Below, one piece after another: positions 17,585 through 30,269 of a DNA stretch of 64,000 bases. Both the position numbers and the translations under genes were made by a program. Under the pieces are notes generated by a model that did no database searches, was not told the origin of the DNA, and saw only the letters and a list, made by a program, of their open reading frames with translations. This DNA is from Eledone cirrhosa (lineage: Eukaryota). The first letter of the stretch is position 1; each line of letters starts with the position of its first letter. The stretch spans positions 50,406,001 through 50,470,000 of the forward strand of contig OZ024748.1 of NCBI GenBank assembly GCA_964016885.1, written 5' to 3'.

Positions 17585-18003
17585 ATAACGAAGGAGGTGT
17601 GGTAAGGAACCAGATGGACCATAACGCACCAGAGTACTCAATATTTAGAGTAGTAGAGCGGGTAATAGGAAAATGTTTAACCCCGATGGCAGAGCTCAAA
17701 CCGTTTCGACGGCTATTTCTGGACTAAATTAGAATTTTTAGCGTGGTAATAAATAACCGAATTTTTCAGGGGTAATTCCTTATATGGGAAGATTGTTGTC
17801 AAAAGGATTGGTCAAAATTTTTTGTAAACAGAATTAATTCTTTCATGGCAGTGGGTGGGGGGTGGGGATGGCTGAACTTGACTGTAGAACAATGAGGGAG
17901 TGGGTGGAGCCGGTCAAGCGTTGAAAGTGAATTCTATACAGCAAATTCTAAGGAGTGTGTATGAAACTAGGCTAGTTAGTAAGCAGGCTAAAAAGGTTTC
18001 TAC
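17585..18003 (-). mobile_element. HHR-bearing element (family B); degenerate HHR at 17681-17772
   Basis: Minus strand: ccc-CTGAAAA-attcggttattt...aaatagccgtc-GAAA-cggtt...gcca-TC-ggg; ends ccttcgt at (TA)n. Homologous to 19584-19804 and 32657-32800. Confidence 0.7.
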
Positions 18004-18012
18004 ACATACACA

Positions 18013-18061
<49 letters not shown>

Positions 18062-19387
18062 ATAATAGTAATAATAGTAATAATAATAAATTTGAAGACT
18101 AATATATACCTCTCACCCCACACCTCCATCCCACCACCCCGCAACTAACCTCACTAACACCCCCTAACCCCAAGCACACGAACACACGCACCCACTTACA
18201 CCACCCACCCCACACGCAACTAACATCACTAACACCCCCCAACCCCACGCACACGTACCCACACACCCTCGTACACCACCAACTCTACACACCCTACCAC
18301 CACTAACCCCCACTCACACCTGCATTCAACCCCTCCCCACCTCCCGTATACTAACACCCACTAACACCTCTTCATCAAACTACACACACACCAGTACACC
18401 ACACTTCCTCCATAGAACCACACACACCCTTCTCTCCCCGCTCCACCCACACCCTCGCTCCACACTCACTCATCCCACTAACACCCCTACTAATACACAC
18501 ACACACACCCTCCTCACTCCAACTTTCACACCTACCCATCCTCGCCTTTTTACCATTCCACCGACTGCTGCTATGCCCTCTGACCACCTCCCAGCACAAA
18601 CAGACCACAGCACTCCCACTGCTGACCACTTCCTGTTGCGCGCGCACCCCACATCTCTCCTCTTCCGACCATCGCTTCATGGAATACCCACACGCAGAAA
18701 TTGACCAACAACCAATCCAGTAAACATCTTCGGAATTTACCAACTTTTCAAACATCCTCTTACGTAATCACCTATATAACTCACCCCCACACACACACCC
18801 CAACATTTTTTTCTCCACACGCCACCTACACCCACAACACGCTTAAATCCCACACACACGTGCTTTCCACCACATATCTACACCCTCAGCCTCCTGATTC
18901 CTCTCCCGCCACCCCTCTATCCACACACGTACAAACACTCCGACCCCCCCCCCCCCCACACACACCTCTTCCTGAACATGCAACCCCGCTCTTCCCCCAA
19001 CCCTTACTTTCACATACACACACACACACACACACGCACACCTACACACACACACCACCTTCAGCCCTCCCCGCTCGGACACCCCGTCTCCCTCTCCCCA
19101 CTCCACCCGCCACCACCCCTACACACCCCACACCCTTCCACCACCTGTTTAACCCCCTTTTAATTTCAGTTTATTTTGATCATGTCTTTATTTTTAAATT
19201 TATCTCATTCCTTGTATTTTGATCATGCCTGTATTTTTAAATTTATCTCATTCCTTGTATTTTGAGCATGCTTTATTTTTATTTTTATCTTTATTTTTTA
19301 TTTTTTCATTCGCACCGTTTCCTTTCGCTATATGTCTCTCCACCACTCCCCTACACACCCTTTGAACTCTGTTCCCACACACTTCCC

Positions 19388-19419
19388 ACCTGAGGAAGGG
19401 CTTATGCCCGAAACGTCGT
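19388..19419 (+). ncRNA. Minimal Penelope-type hammerhead motif
   Basis: ac-CTGAGGA-a-gggc-ttat-gccc-GAA-ACGT-C-gt, followed by AATAAA and then (TA)n about 90 nt downstream. Confidence 0.7.
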
Positions 19420-19509
19420 CCCCCACCAACACCCCACTCTCCAGAGCGTGAAATTAATAAACATTTGTTGTACTGCCTCTCTGTTTTGTCCCTGTTCAAA
19501 TTTTTCCAT

Positions 19510-19548
<39 letters not shown>

Positions 19549-19552
19549 CAGA

Positions 19553-19583
<31 letters not shown>

Positions 19584-19586
<3 letters not shown>

Positions 19587-19804
19587 CGAAGGAAATGTGG
19601 TAAGGAACCAGGTGGACCATAACGCACCAAAGTAATCAATACTTAGGGTAGTAGAGTGGGTAATAGGAACGAGTAGGACCCCGACGGCTGAGCTCAAGCC
19701 GTTTCGACGGCTAATTCTGGACTAGAATTAGCCGTCGAAATTAGTCCAGAATTAGCCGTTCGAAACGGCTTGAGCTCAGCCGTCGGGGTCCTACTCGTTC
19801 CTAT
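19584..19804. mobile_element. Family B 3' end folded back on itself
   Basis: Arms 19663-19724 / 19742-19804. Contains the HHR 3' half GAAACGGCTtgagctcAGCCGTCgggg. Confidence 0.85.
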
Positions 19805-19960
19805 ATATATATAGGTAAACAGCAAGTACAATAGAAACAGCACGGTATATGGAAGGGATATATTAGTTTAACGCTGATGTATATAAAATTTCTCGATATT
19901 GTTTTGAAAATATAAGTGCGTCTCAGAAGTCCTCAAATGCGGTACATATACACACACGCG

Positions 19961-20019
<59 letters not shown>

Positions 20020-20677
20020 TCCGATCTTTTATTAATATATATATATAAATATGTGCGTGTTTGTGTGCGTGTGTTAATATGTATGTATACACATATTTAT
20101 ATATATATATGTATATGCATACATTTTGTACAGTATATATATTTATATATAATATCATGTATATATATATACATAAACATACACAGAGAAAGAGGTGAGG
20201 GGACTAATAGAAATGCGTATATAAAATTATAATAATATTAATATATACTTATAAGTGTGTTTGTATGGTATGTATGATATAAATGTATATGTACGTTTGA
20301 AGGTGTATATATTTATGCCAATGTTACTGTGTGAAATGGTATGCGATTAGCGTCATTTTTATCATCTGCTACTATGTCAGACATATCTGGGTTTCAGTTC
20401 CATTAGCATTGTTTGTCCTGTATTATTATTTTGTACGTGAGTTGTCAGTGTGTTTATATAAAGATGCTGTTGTATGTGGTATTTTTGATGAAACACAAGC
20501 ATAATAACATAATGAATGCATACAAATACACACACACACACACATACATATACATACATACATGTACATACATACATTCTCACATACTCACACACGGAAA
20601 CACATATACACATATATATATGTATATAATTACATATATACATTTATAAATATATAAATACATATAGAGATAACTAC

Positions 20678-20757
<80 letters not shown>

Positions 20758-20833
20758 TTATTTATTTATATATATATATAGCTACGTATATATATATACG
20801 TATGTATATATATAAATATAAATATATATATCT

Positions 20834-20864
<31 letters not shown>

Positions 20865-21072
20865 CTTATGCAGAAGAGCGTTTGTTATTGTGTCTAAGAA
20901 AATGAGGTGATGTAAGTAAGATACATATGTAGTAAGAGGCTGTGTGTTCCATTTGTCTAGTTCGTTACTGTCTAATTTCAATACACCATATAGAAAGGAA
21001 ATGAGAAAGAATGCGCTGAAGAATGTGGGATATATATATATGTATATATATATACACATATATATATATATA

Positions 21073-21145
<73 letters not shown>

Positions 21146-21555
21146 AGCGGGGTAAACATGTTGAAGGCACCAAGAACAAAAACAAAATATCCCTTAGAAA
21201 ATGGTTGACATAAGATAGAATGAGCAATAAGTAACGCTTGTTTCTCGCTTCTCATTTTCTTTGGTTGAAAATCTGACGAACATAGCCAACTGTGAATGAT
21301 ATACTCAAGACCTATCACGAAAGCTGTTGACATTTACATCATCGACTCTTATTTTACCTGAGCCTGTAACGAGAACACTAGAAACAGATTAAGAAAACAA
21401 GAAGGAAATGTAGGTACATAAACTTCATTAAATCTCTTTTCAATAAGTATTTTAGACTTCAGTCAAAGAGACATCTTTGCAGCTGTCGAAAATAAAAGGT
21501 GGAAATATATTTACATACCATTAACTTTTTATTATACACACACACACACACACAG

Positions 21556-21599
<44 letters not shown>

Positions 21600-21785
21600 T
21601 TGGGTTTCATTATTGCCTTTTAACTATGGAATATACATATAGATGGAATACATACACAAACAAGTACCCATTTGCGTACTTGTACGCACACATTCATGCA
21701 TATACATGAATATATATATGTACACACATATATATTTATATATATGTGTATATATGTGTATATACCTATGTACATCTCTCATTCT

Positions 21786-21870
<85 letters not shown>

Positions 21871-22235
21871 AAGAGAGAGACGGGGATATTCATTTAGTTG
21901 TATATGTGAATATATACACTAATACATTGAAAATGCCATATTTAGCATATGAATGAATGTGTTTCATGGATTTTCTGACCAATCCTGCACTTTCAGCTGC
22001 AGTGTTTCTAGCAACGAATTTGAAATCCTTCTATTAACTTCTGTTCAAATATTTCGTGTCGTAGTTAGCATGTGCATATAAATATCAATTTACATCTATA
22101 TGTTTATAATTATCAATTGTATGAATACTTAAGTAGATATGTAAATAAACAAATAGGAACGTCAAATGGCTAAATACAAACGTAAATATACCTAAAACAA
22201 ATCCAAATAATCACTGAATTTGTCTATATGTATAT

Positions 22236-22408
22236 AATTGTTTCTATTTTAGGAACAAGGGCAGCAATTACCCAGTACATTACTCGTACTTTATTTTATC
22301 GAGCTCGTAAGGATGAAAGGCAAAGTTAACCTAGGCGGGATTTGAACTTAGATCATAAAGGGATGTAACTCTATGCTTCAAAGCATGGTGTCCGACTCTC
22401 TACCGATA
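22236..22408 (-). mobile_element. SINE family 1 with 13-bp TSD
   Basis: TSD atatgtatataat at 22226-22238 and 22406-22418. Confidence 0.9.
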
Positions 22409-22424
22409 TGTATATAATGATTTC

Positions 22425-22612
22425 TTATATAGGCACATACTGAATCATTTTGAGGGTAAGTCGATTAAATCAACGCCAATACTTTATTTTATCGACCCCG
22501 TAAGGATGAAAGGCAAAGCTAACCTCGGTTGGATTTGAACTCAGAACGCAAAAAGCCATAACTCTATGCCACGAAGCATGTTCTCAGATATGCTACTCAT
22601 TCTGCCAGTCCT
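22425..22612 (-). mobile_element. Older SINE family 1 variant
   Basis: Core tttatcgaccccgtaaggatgaaaggcaaag plus a gtcgattaaatc segment. Confidence 0.8.
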
Positions 22613-23338
22613 ACGCTCTTCTATACCTAAATAATACACTCCGAAAACAAAGTTAACAATAACCAAAACAGTGGATAAGACGTTAGAATTCCAAACTCGT
22701 ATTTAATAGACTGTTTAAAATAAACTAAATGTTCATACTAGATCCACAGGACTTATAGATCTTGATTACTTCTCATTTCCATAAAATATATGTTTTTGAA
22801 GCACATTGAATAAATCATTTGTTTTATTTTAATGTGACAAAACACAGCAAACGTTTCCGTCTATTTTCTATTGCGTTGTCGATTCGTATGCGCAAAAATG
22901 CACGTCAGAAGGTGGTTGACAAGGTACAGAGAATGTTATCTATTCGTTTTATGTAACCGATCATGCATGTATATGTTTTGATGCTACTATACTTTTATGT
23001 GTATAACCCTTCAGCCATTTTGTTGATAAACTAATCTGTTTTTATTTATTTGCGCCTAACACCTTGCTACTTTCTATTTCATATTCGTTCCCTTCCCATC
23101 TTCTCCTCTATGTCACACACTCTCTATTTATTTATCATCCATTCTATCACTGTTTCTCTCCCTATCCTTCTCTTGCCTTCTTCCTTTCTATCTTCTTCTT
23201 CAGTCTCTTCTCTCTGTCTTTCATCCCTTAACATCGATGGGTCACACAATTGCACGTTAGCAGCTGCTGACATGGCAGATATTCAGAAGTCCATTTGTTC
23301 ATTTTAGATAACAGTTATTTTCGTGAGGATTTTCTGAT

Positions 23339-23378
<40 letters not shown>

Positions 23379-24130
23379 AGCAGCAGAAAATGCACATATA
23401 ACAATATATAAGAAAAGGAGAATTCTTTTTAAAATGAAAAAAAAAAAAACGAGATGTCCTACACGAGTGAAAGTATTAGGAAAGTATTCGAAATCGAAAA
23501 TGCAACTGGAGTATTTTTAAGAACTGTGAAACCGGTAAAGGGAACAAATAAATATTCTTAAAAAGACTCCAGTTGCATTTTCGATTTCTTTTCCTTATAT
23601 ATATACTATAGAGTAAAGCATGTCCAGAGAATTATTTGATAATATATACACATCATCTCTACTCCCAATCAGCATAATTAACTACACAAAAAAACAATTA
23701 GACCAGGCTATAAGAATAAAAGGCATCTATGAAGAAACAGTAAATAAATATACCACTGCGGCGTCTTCGCGCACAACCTCTATAGAATATTTACCCAACA
23801 TTTCAACAGCACCTGGAAATTAATTAAATATACGGTCAACCATACATAATTAGGTAAAAATTAATGTTAGAAATGCTTATATACATAGCAGGATTAAATC
23901 ACTAAATCCCTTTTTGCTCTGATTATTTAATTTATTAATTCTTCATTGAGCCACACCGTGAAAAATTGCCAAAACACATATATACCTCTGACTTTGTTTA
24001 ATTGGTGTATGTGTAAATATTTATATTAATAATAAATGTGAAGACTAAAATCCAAAGAGGGCTTGATGATAAGAAGATCCCGTTACGGGTGAAAAAAACG
24101 ATTCTTTGCTTAAACTTTAATCTGTTCTTA

Positions 24131-24183
<53 letters not shown>

Positions 24184-24807
24184 GAGAGGGGGAGAGAGAG
24201 GGCTAGAGAGAGGGGGAAAACATAAGATATCTAAAACTAGAGTGTTGTATAGAATGGGTGAATGAGAGAAAAGAAGAATTTGTGTTTTCATTCCATCCTT
24301 GACATGATAAAAAAAACAAAAACAAAAAAAAAAAACTAAACCATTTCAACATCTTGCGTTTAAATAAAACCATTAAACGGTGCTTTTGCCTTGCTTCTTC
24401 TTCGAACTTTCTTTGATTCAGTGTTGAAGTGATGCCAGAATTAAAACGTAAAACAAAAAATAATTTGAAAAAGGTTAGTTAAAATTCGTTGGCATCAATC
24501 CACATTTATATTGTTTTTTTGGAAGAATTTTCTTTAGATTCGTCAGTATTGAGACTGTTCGGAATAAAAAAACCCGTTCATGTTTCCTTCGTTTTCTCTA
24601 AATTTCTAATTTTTAGTGTGGGTATAGATTTGTGGTATGTGAATGGTATTGTATTTTTTTAATTTGATATTAGCAATAATAGATTTACATATATATGAAA
24701 ACAGGTGTGTGCGTGTGCATCTATATATTTGAGAGTGTTAAAGTGTGTGTGAGTGCGTGTATGTGTGCGTCTGTGTGTGTGTGCATATATATTTGTGTAT
24801 GTGTGTG

Positions 24808-25125
24808 AAGGCGCATGTCTGAGTGGTTAGAGTACTGAGCTGGCAATCAGGAGGTTGTGAGTTTGAATCTCGGACCGGGTGATGCGTTGTGCCCTTGAGC
24901 AAGACACTTTATTCCATGTTGCTCCAGTTTACTCCGTTGTAGAAATGAGTTACGACGTCACTGGTGCTAAGCTGTATCAGCCATTGTCTTTCCCTTGCAC
25001 CACATCGGTGGTATGCATGGGCGGCTGCTAGTCTTCCACAAACAATCTTACTTGGACTTGTGCCTCGGAGAGGAAGTTTCTAGGTGAATATCCCATGGTA
25101 TTCGTGACCGAAGGGAGTCTTTACC
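24808..25125 (+). mobile_element. tRNA-derived SINE family 2 (CORE-like central domain)
   Basis: tRNA-like head, gtgcccttgagcaagacacttta, tail gtgaccgaagggagtctttacc. Copies at 52716-53037 (-) and 59870-60022 (+). Confidence 0.85.
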
Positions 25126-25990
25126 ATTTATGTGTGTGTATGTGTAAAGAAGTAACTTTATTTACGTATGCTATCAGTACTGTCATATATTTTTGGTTTT
25201 TATTACAACACATTGTATGTTACATTAACGATTTTAATTCTACAAACCTATTTACCAATACTGACATTTTCTTCTTCAATGAAAGCACAAATCTGTTGAG
25301 CTGATATAACTGTATCATCTGTTGAGTCTTATATAACTTTATCATCACCAGTTATGTCAAGCTGATTGACAATTCCTTAAAAATTATAGAATTTGAAGTT
25401 TGGAAGACACAATAATGCAAAATGGATGAACAAAGAAATCAGACGAAACAAGATGTTATGTTTACCTTAATTTATATTATGGTAAAACATAACATCTTCT
25501 TTCATCTGATATCTTTATTCGTCCATTTTGCATTATCGTGTCTTCCAAACTTCAAATTCTATTTACCATACACAGTGCTTTCAGTAAACTACAAATTCCT
25601 ACTTTCCTTTAAAATTATTTTTCATGTATATATATATGAGAAATCTGGAAAACAAAATATCAACATCTCCTTTAAACATATTCCAAACAGTATATTTCAG
25701 GGCTAAAGTGCAATTGTGGTATCTCAGTCATGTTATTTCGTATGGCAGATTAGGTTTGAATAAGTATTGTGTAAATGAAAAATTATTGATATTGTTAAAA
25801 GAGACTTAAGGATTAAATAAACGTTCAGAAAAGTGAGAACTCATCAGTCATATTTCGCTATCTTTAATTCATAATGATTTCCCCTACAAACAATCTAGTG
25901 ATGTTGTAAATATGGAATACTGTGATTTTTATTTTGATTCTTGCAACCAATTTTCTTCTGTTATTCTTATTATTTGCACACAACCAACTG

Positions 25991-26067
<77 letters not shown>

Positions 26068-26129
26068 TAAGAGAGTTAACAAAGAAAGGACAAGACAATC
26101 AACGGAAGCAAAACAAAACGTCAACTCCT

Positions 26130-26170
<41 letters not shown>

Positions 26171-26172
<2 letters not shown>

Positions 26173-26642
26173 ATATACGTTCCTTCACGAACAAGGCGCC
26201 AAGGTACGCATGTATTGTCCAACCAAATGCCAGTGTGGTTCAATGGCGGGTTAATGAATTAACGAGCCAGAACGTATATCCTATTACTACTACCTCCACT
26301 AATGTTGAGAACAAATTTGGTCGTTCTGACTGCTGCTAGCAATAGCTGTGGCTAGTTTGACCTACCTCCTATCTTTGCTTCGGCCCTTGATAAACCTGTT
26401 TCTACATCATCCACTCTCATCCCAGGAACAGTTTTGATAGCGCTAGTTTGTGATTTAAATTCAGGAATTTTATATTCTTTAAATGAAAAGAACCTTCTGA
26501 CGAGAATCTTTCTTTGCAACGAAGGCCGTATGGTCTCCGTTTTATTTTGGGGATTCGAAACCGATCGGTAAAGGTAACTATAGTAGGTAAAGTCAATTTT
26601 TTAAAATTTATTTTGAAACTTTTTCATTATTTGCTAAACCTT

Positions 26643-26645
<3 letters not shown>
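26171..26645 (+). mobile_element. (TA)n-flanked element carrying an intact HHR
   Basis: Bounded by (TA)n on both sides. Short 5' inversion ggatatacgttc / gaacgtatatcc. The HHR lies 70 nt from the 3' end. Confidence 0.7.
26492..26575 (+). ncRNA. Intact type I hammerhead ribozyme
   Basis: acctt-CTGACGA-gaatctt-[extended helix II]-gggattc-GAA-ACCGATCGGT-A-aaggt. All core nucleotides are canonical; predicted cut after GUA at 26570. Confidence 0.85.
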
Positions 26646-26710
<65 letters not shown>

Positions 26711-26713
26711 TTG

Positions 26714-26747
<34 letters not shown>

Positions 26748-26806
26748 CAAGCAAATTATAAACGTAAACATGTAAGTATGTTTTTGAAACGGTGCGCGAG
26801 TTTGAA

Positions 26807-27075
26807 ATTAGAAATTAGAAATTATAAGCTTTCACCGTATTTTAGACTAAAGAAATTTCTAGCCTGATAGTGGGGTTTATAACCCTCGGAGAAATGGAAA
26901 AAGATGAGTGTTGCCGTACATGTTGCTCCCATGTACAGTGTTGCCGTACATGTTGCTCCCATGTACGGCAACACTCATCTTTTTCCATTTCTCCGAGGGT
27001 TATAAACCCCACTATCAGGCTAGAAATTTCTTTAGTCTAAAATACGGTGAAAGCTTATAATTTCTAATTTCTAAT
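26807..27075. repeat. Perfect 116-bp fold-back ending at (TA)n; same family as 6640-6812
   Basis: Arms 26807-26922 / 26960-27075, with a 30-bp tandem re-copy at the turn. Confidence 0.92.
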
Positions 27076-27254
27076 ATATATATAAGTTTATCCCGGGTTC
27101 AATCGGAGGAAATCATCAGGAAAGCTTTCTTTCTGTGTCCTTTGGTTGTATATTTATTTTCAAAAAATATTTTTTTTAAGATCTCCCCTTGAAAAATTGA
27201 GTTCGTTTTGTTTTGTTTCCGTTGATTTTCTTGTCCCTTCTTAGTTAACTTTCT

Positions 27255-27293
<39 letters not shown>

Positions 27294-27387
27294 CAGCTGC
27301 CTTTAGACCTACCTGATCAATGAAACGATTGTTAATACTGTAAATAAAACCCTTTTTGTACAGCCGACCTTGTTATTCTTCACTCTT

Positions 27388-27449
<62 letters not shown>

Positions 27450-27453
<4 letters not shown>

Positions 27454-29700
27454 AGTTGGAAATGCACAGAAGTATATGTAAAGATTGCTTTTCTTTACTC
27501 CGACAGAATGAATAATTTTATAATTGTTGCATTAAATATAGCCGGATTAGATTGTTATACAAAACTTATCAAATACTGAATATTTAATATTAAATATAAA
27601 AAAAAAAAATTCATTTATTCCGTAACCTTTCAAAGACGTCATTAACAAACACCCAGATTAAACAATGCTCTGAAATTTACACCCACCCCACAAAAAAAAT
27701 CATGGAATTCTGTCGAAACTTTAAGCTGGAAGAATATTTCTCCGACAACAATGACAATGAAAACCTTTCACTAGTTACTAATAAAAATGATATCTGCACA
27801 AAGAAAGCAAGGAATAAAGCACTAGAGTCCTACTACGAACATGAATTTTCTCTTGATAAATTTGAAAATAGAAACACCAAATCCAATTTCACAAAATATG
27901 GAAGATAACAAAATGTTGGAAGATAATAGCTACTATGGAAAATAAACCAGCTACAAACAATCCAAAATAATAGAAAATCCTTTAGCCTACTAAATAAGTA
28001 CTCCAAAAATCTCACAACGAAAGAAATCGATTATATAAGCCAACTCAAATTAAAAACTTGTACATTCTTCTGAAACTGCGCAAATGCGAATAGATAAATG
28101 ACGCTTGCAAAAACTCGACAACCAAATACATCCAGTTAACACCCCCTAATGATTTAAATCTCATGCCAATTATACCAGGCCCTGTATGTGAAACAGTGTT
28201 TGAATAAATTGCTGGACATACTTTTAAAGCCCCTTCTAAATCAATCACGAACATAGTTATATACATGATGACCATGACATGCTAAACCATCCTCACAAAA
28301 CAGTAAGTGGGCACACAATATTTGTTTCGTTTTGAGGCTGTAAACCTATACACGAACATACCCCATGTCTATGGAATAACTGCAATCAAATATTGGGTAT
28401 ACAAATACCAATACCAATACGAATTACCAGGACCCATTAAAAAAGACTTCATCCTGGATGAAGTCAAATTGATACTACAAAACAATTAGTTTTTGTTTAA
28501 TTCATTTGCGTACGAACAAATATTAGAAACCACAATGGGCACTAAAGTAGTACCAATTTAGTAATGTGATCCTTACAGCCAATCTGTATTGCTATTTGGA
28601 GACGTATTTCACATACAACTAAAACAACTGGAAAAGATACCTGGATGGTTGCTTTATCTTATGGCAGGTAAACCTTGATATACACATATAATTAAAAAAA
28701 CAACAACTAATAACCTTATCAGCAATATCTAATTCACAATGTAGTTAAATACTAAAGAAATACCCTTTTAAGACATCAACAATTTAGAAACAGATGGTAG
28801 TATAGAAACAGACATTTTCTATAAACTCACAGACTCCAGACAGTACCTTCATTTTACATCAAGTCAACTGAAACACACAAAACTGAACATTCCTTTTAAC
28901 CTAGCTAAAAGGATTTGCACGATAGTATTGGACTCGACCAAACGTGAGCAAAGACAGGATGAACTAAAAAATATACTATCTCTCTCCCACTCTCTCTTTT
29001 GCACTTGCCATCCTTTATCTCTTTCTCTCTCTGCTTCATTTATCTCCCAAAGAGCATTCCCACTGGGCGTAACCACCTACGAAATCGAAAAGGCTAAATT
29101 TATAGACATCAAAAAGCTTAGGACTCCAATAATGAAAACCAGGGAAAATATGTTAACTTATGTATCATCTTTCAACCCCCAAAATATCGAAATGTTTGAC
29201 CACCTTAGCAAAAATCTTGCTATTTTATATGAAGATAGAAAAATGAACAACAATCTAGAAACACAAAATCATCGAGAGTAAAAGACAGTCAGAAACACTA
29301 AAACCTATCCTTAATGGGTCAAAAAGTCACAAACAAATCTCCAACCCCTTTGTTACAAAATATGGAGTGACAAATTGTGGTACCTGCTTATACCTGATTG
29401 AAGAAACATAATTCAAATTTAAGGATGGTCAAACTTTCAGAATTATAAAAATTTCAACTGCAGTCTAAATTCAACTGTAGTCTAAACATACACCACCAAC
29501 CAATCGGCGGTAAAAAACAGGAGACAATCTCTTCAAGCAGCCACAGTGCAACATGTGCAGGATTAGACATAGCCAAATTCAAAATGTTCTCACTCTACAA
29601 ATGCTCAGACTCTTTCACTCAACAAAAGAGAATAAATAAGGAAAACACTATTCATTAACAAGTACAAACCTCAATTAGACATGTTATTATTCCCGATTAG
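27450..29700 (+). pseudogene. Decayed Penelope-like retroelement (RT plus residual GIY-YIG-region C-terminus; Neptune-like)
   Basis: Frameshifted motifs in order: DLNLMPIIPGPVCET, FEAVNLYTNIPH, TTMGTKVVP, WKRYLDGCFILW, TDIFYKLTDSRQYLHFTSS, NIPFNLAKRICTIV, CGTC, FINKYKPQL. Begins right after a (TA)n tract. Confidence 0.88.
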
Positions 29701-30269
29701 ATAATAAATAGTGATCTATGGATGGGAATAACCAATATACACACACCTCTATGCAAACATCTGCAACCACACACACACACACCTGCAACTACACACACAT
29801 GCACACACACACCTACAACCACACACACATGCACACACACACACACCTGCAACCACACACACCACACACACCACACGATAAAATGAAAAATCATAATTCC
29901 GAAGAAACCTCTACTAAAGAACTTTTTTCCTTCCTTCTCCCTTCCTTTCTCTCTTTTTTCTTCCTTCATTCCTCTCTTTGTCTTCTCCATTCCGCCCCAT
30001 TTTCTATATTCTTTTTCATTTCCAACATTATTTCAGCTTTTGTATTTTGTATATTATCATTAATACTATTACTTTTAATATTATTAGTATTACTATTATT
30101 ATCACTATGTCGGGCAGTACAGATAGATAATTCACCGGGTATTTAGATATCTGTCAAGTGGCAACAATGACCTCAGACAGATACGAATTTCCTCAAAATG
30201 TTTGCAGTACTTACCAAATCCACCTTTTGTAAGACACCTAACCTGTATGGTATTTCCATTCGTTTTAAG

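Noticed and set aside
30147-30190. tatctgtc/gacagata hairpin followed by cgaa downstream of the PLE, a possible pLTR ribozyme
   Set aside because: It lacks CUGAnGA and a full GAAA, so it is too decayed to call.
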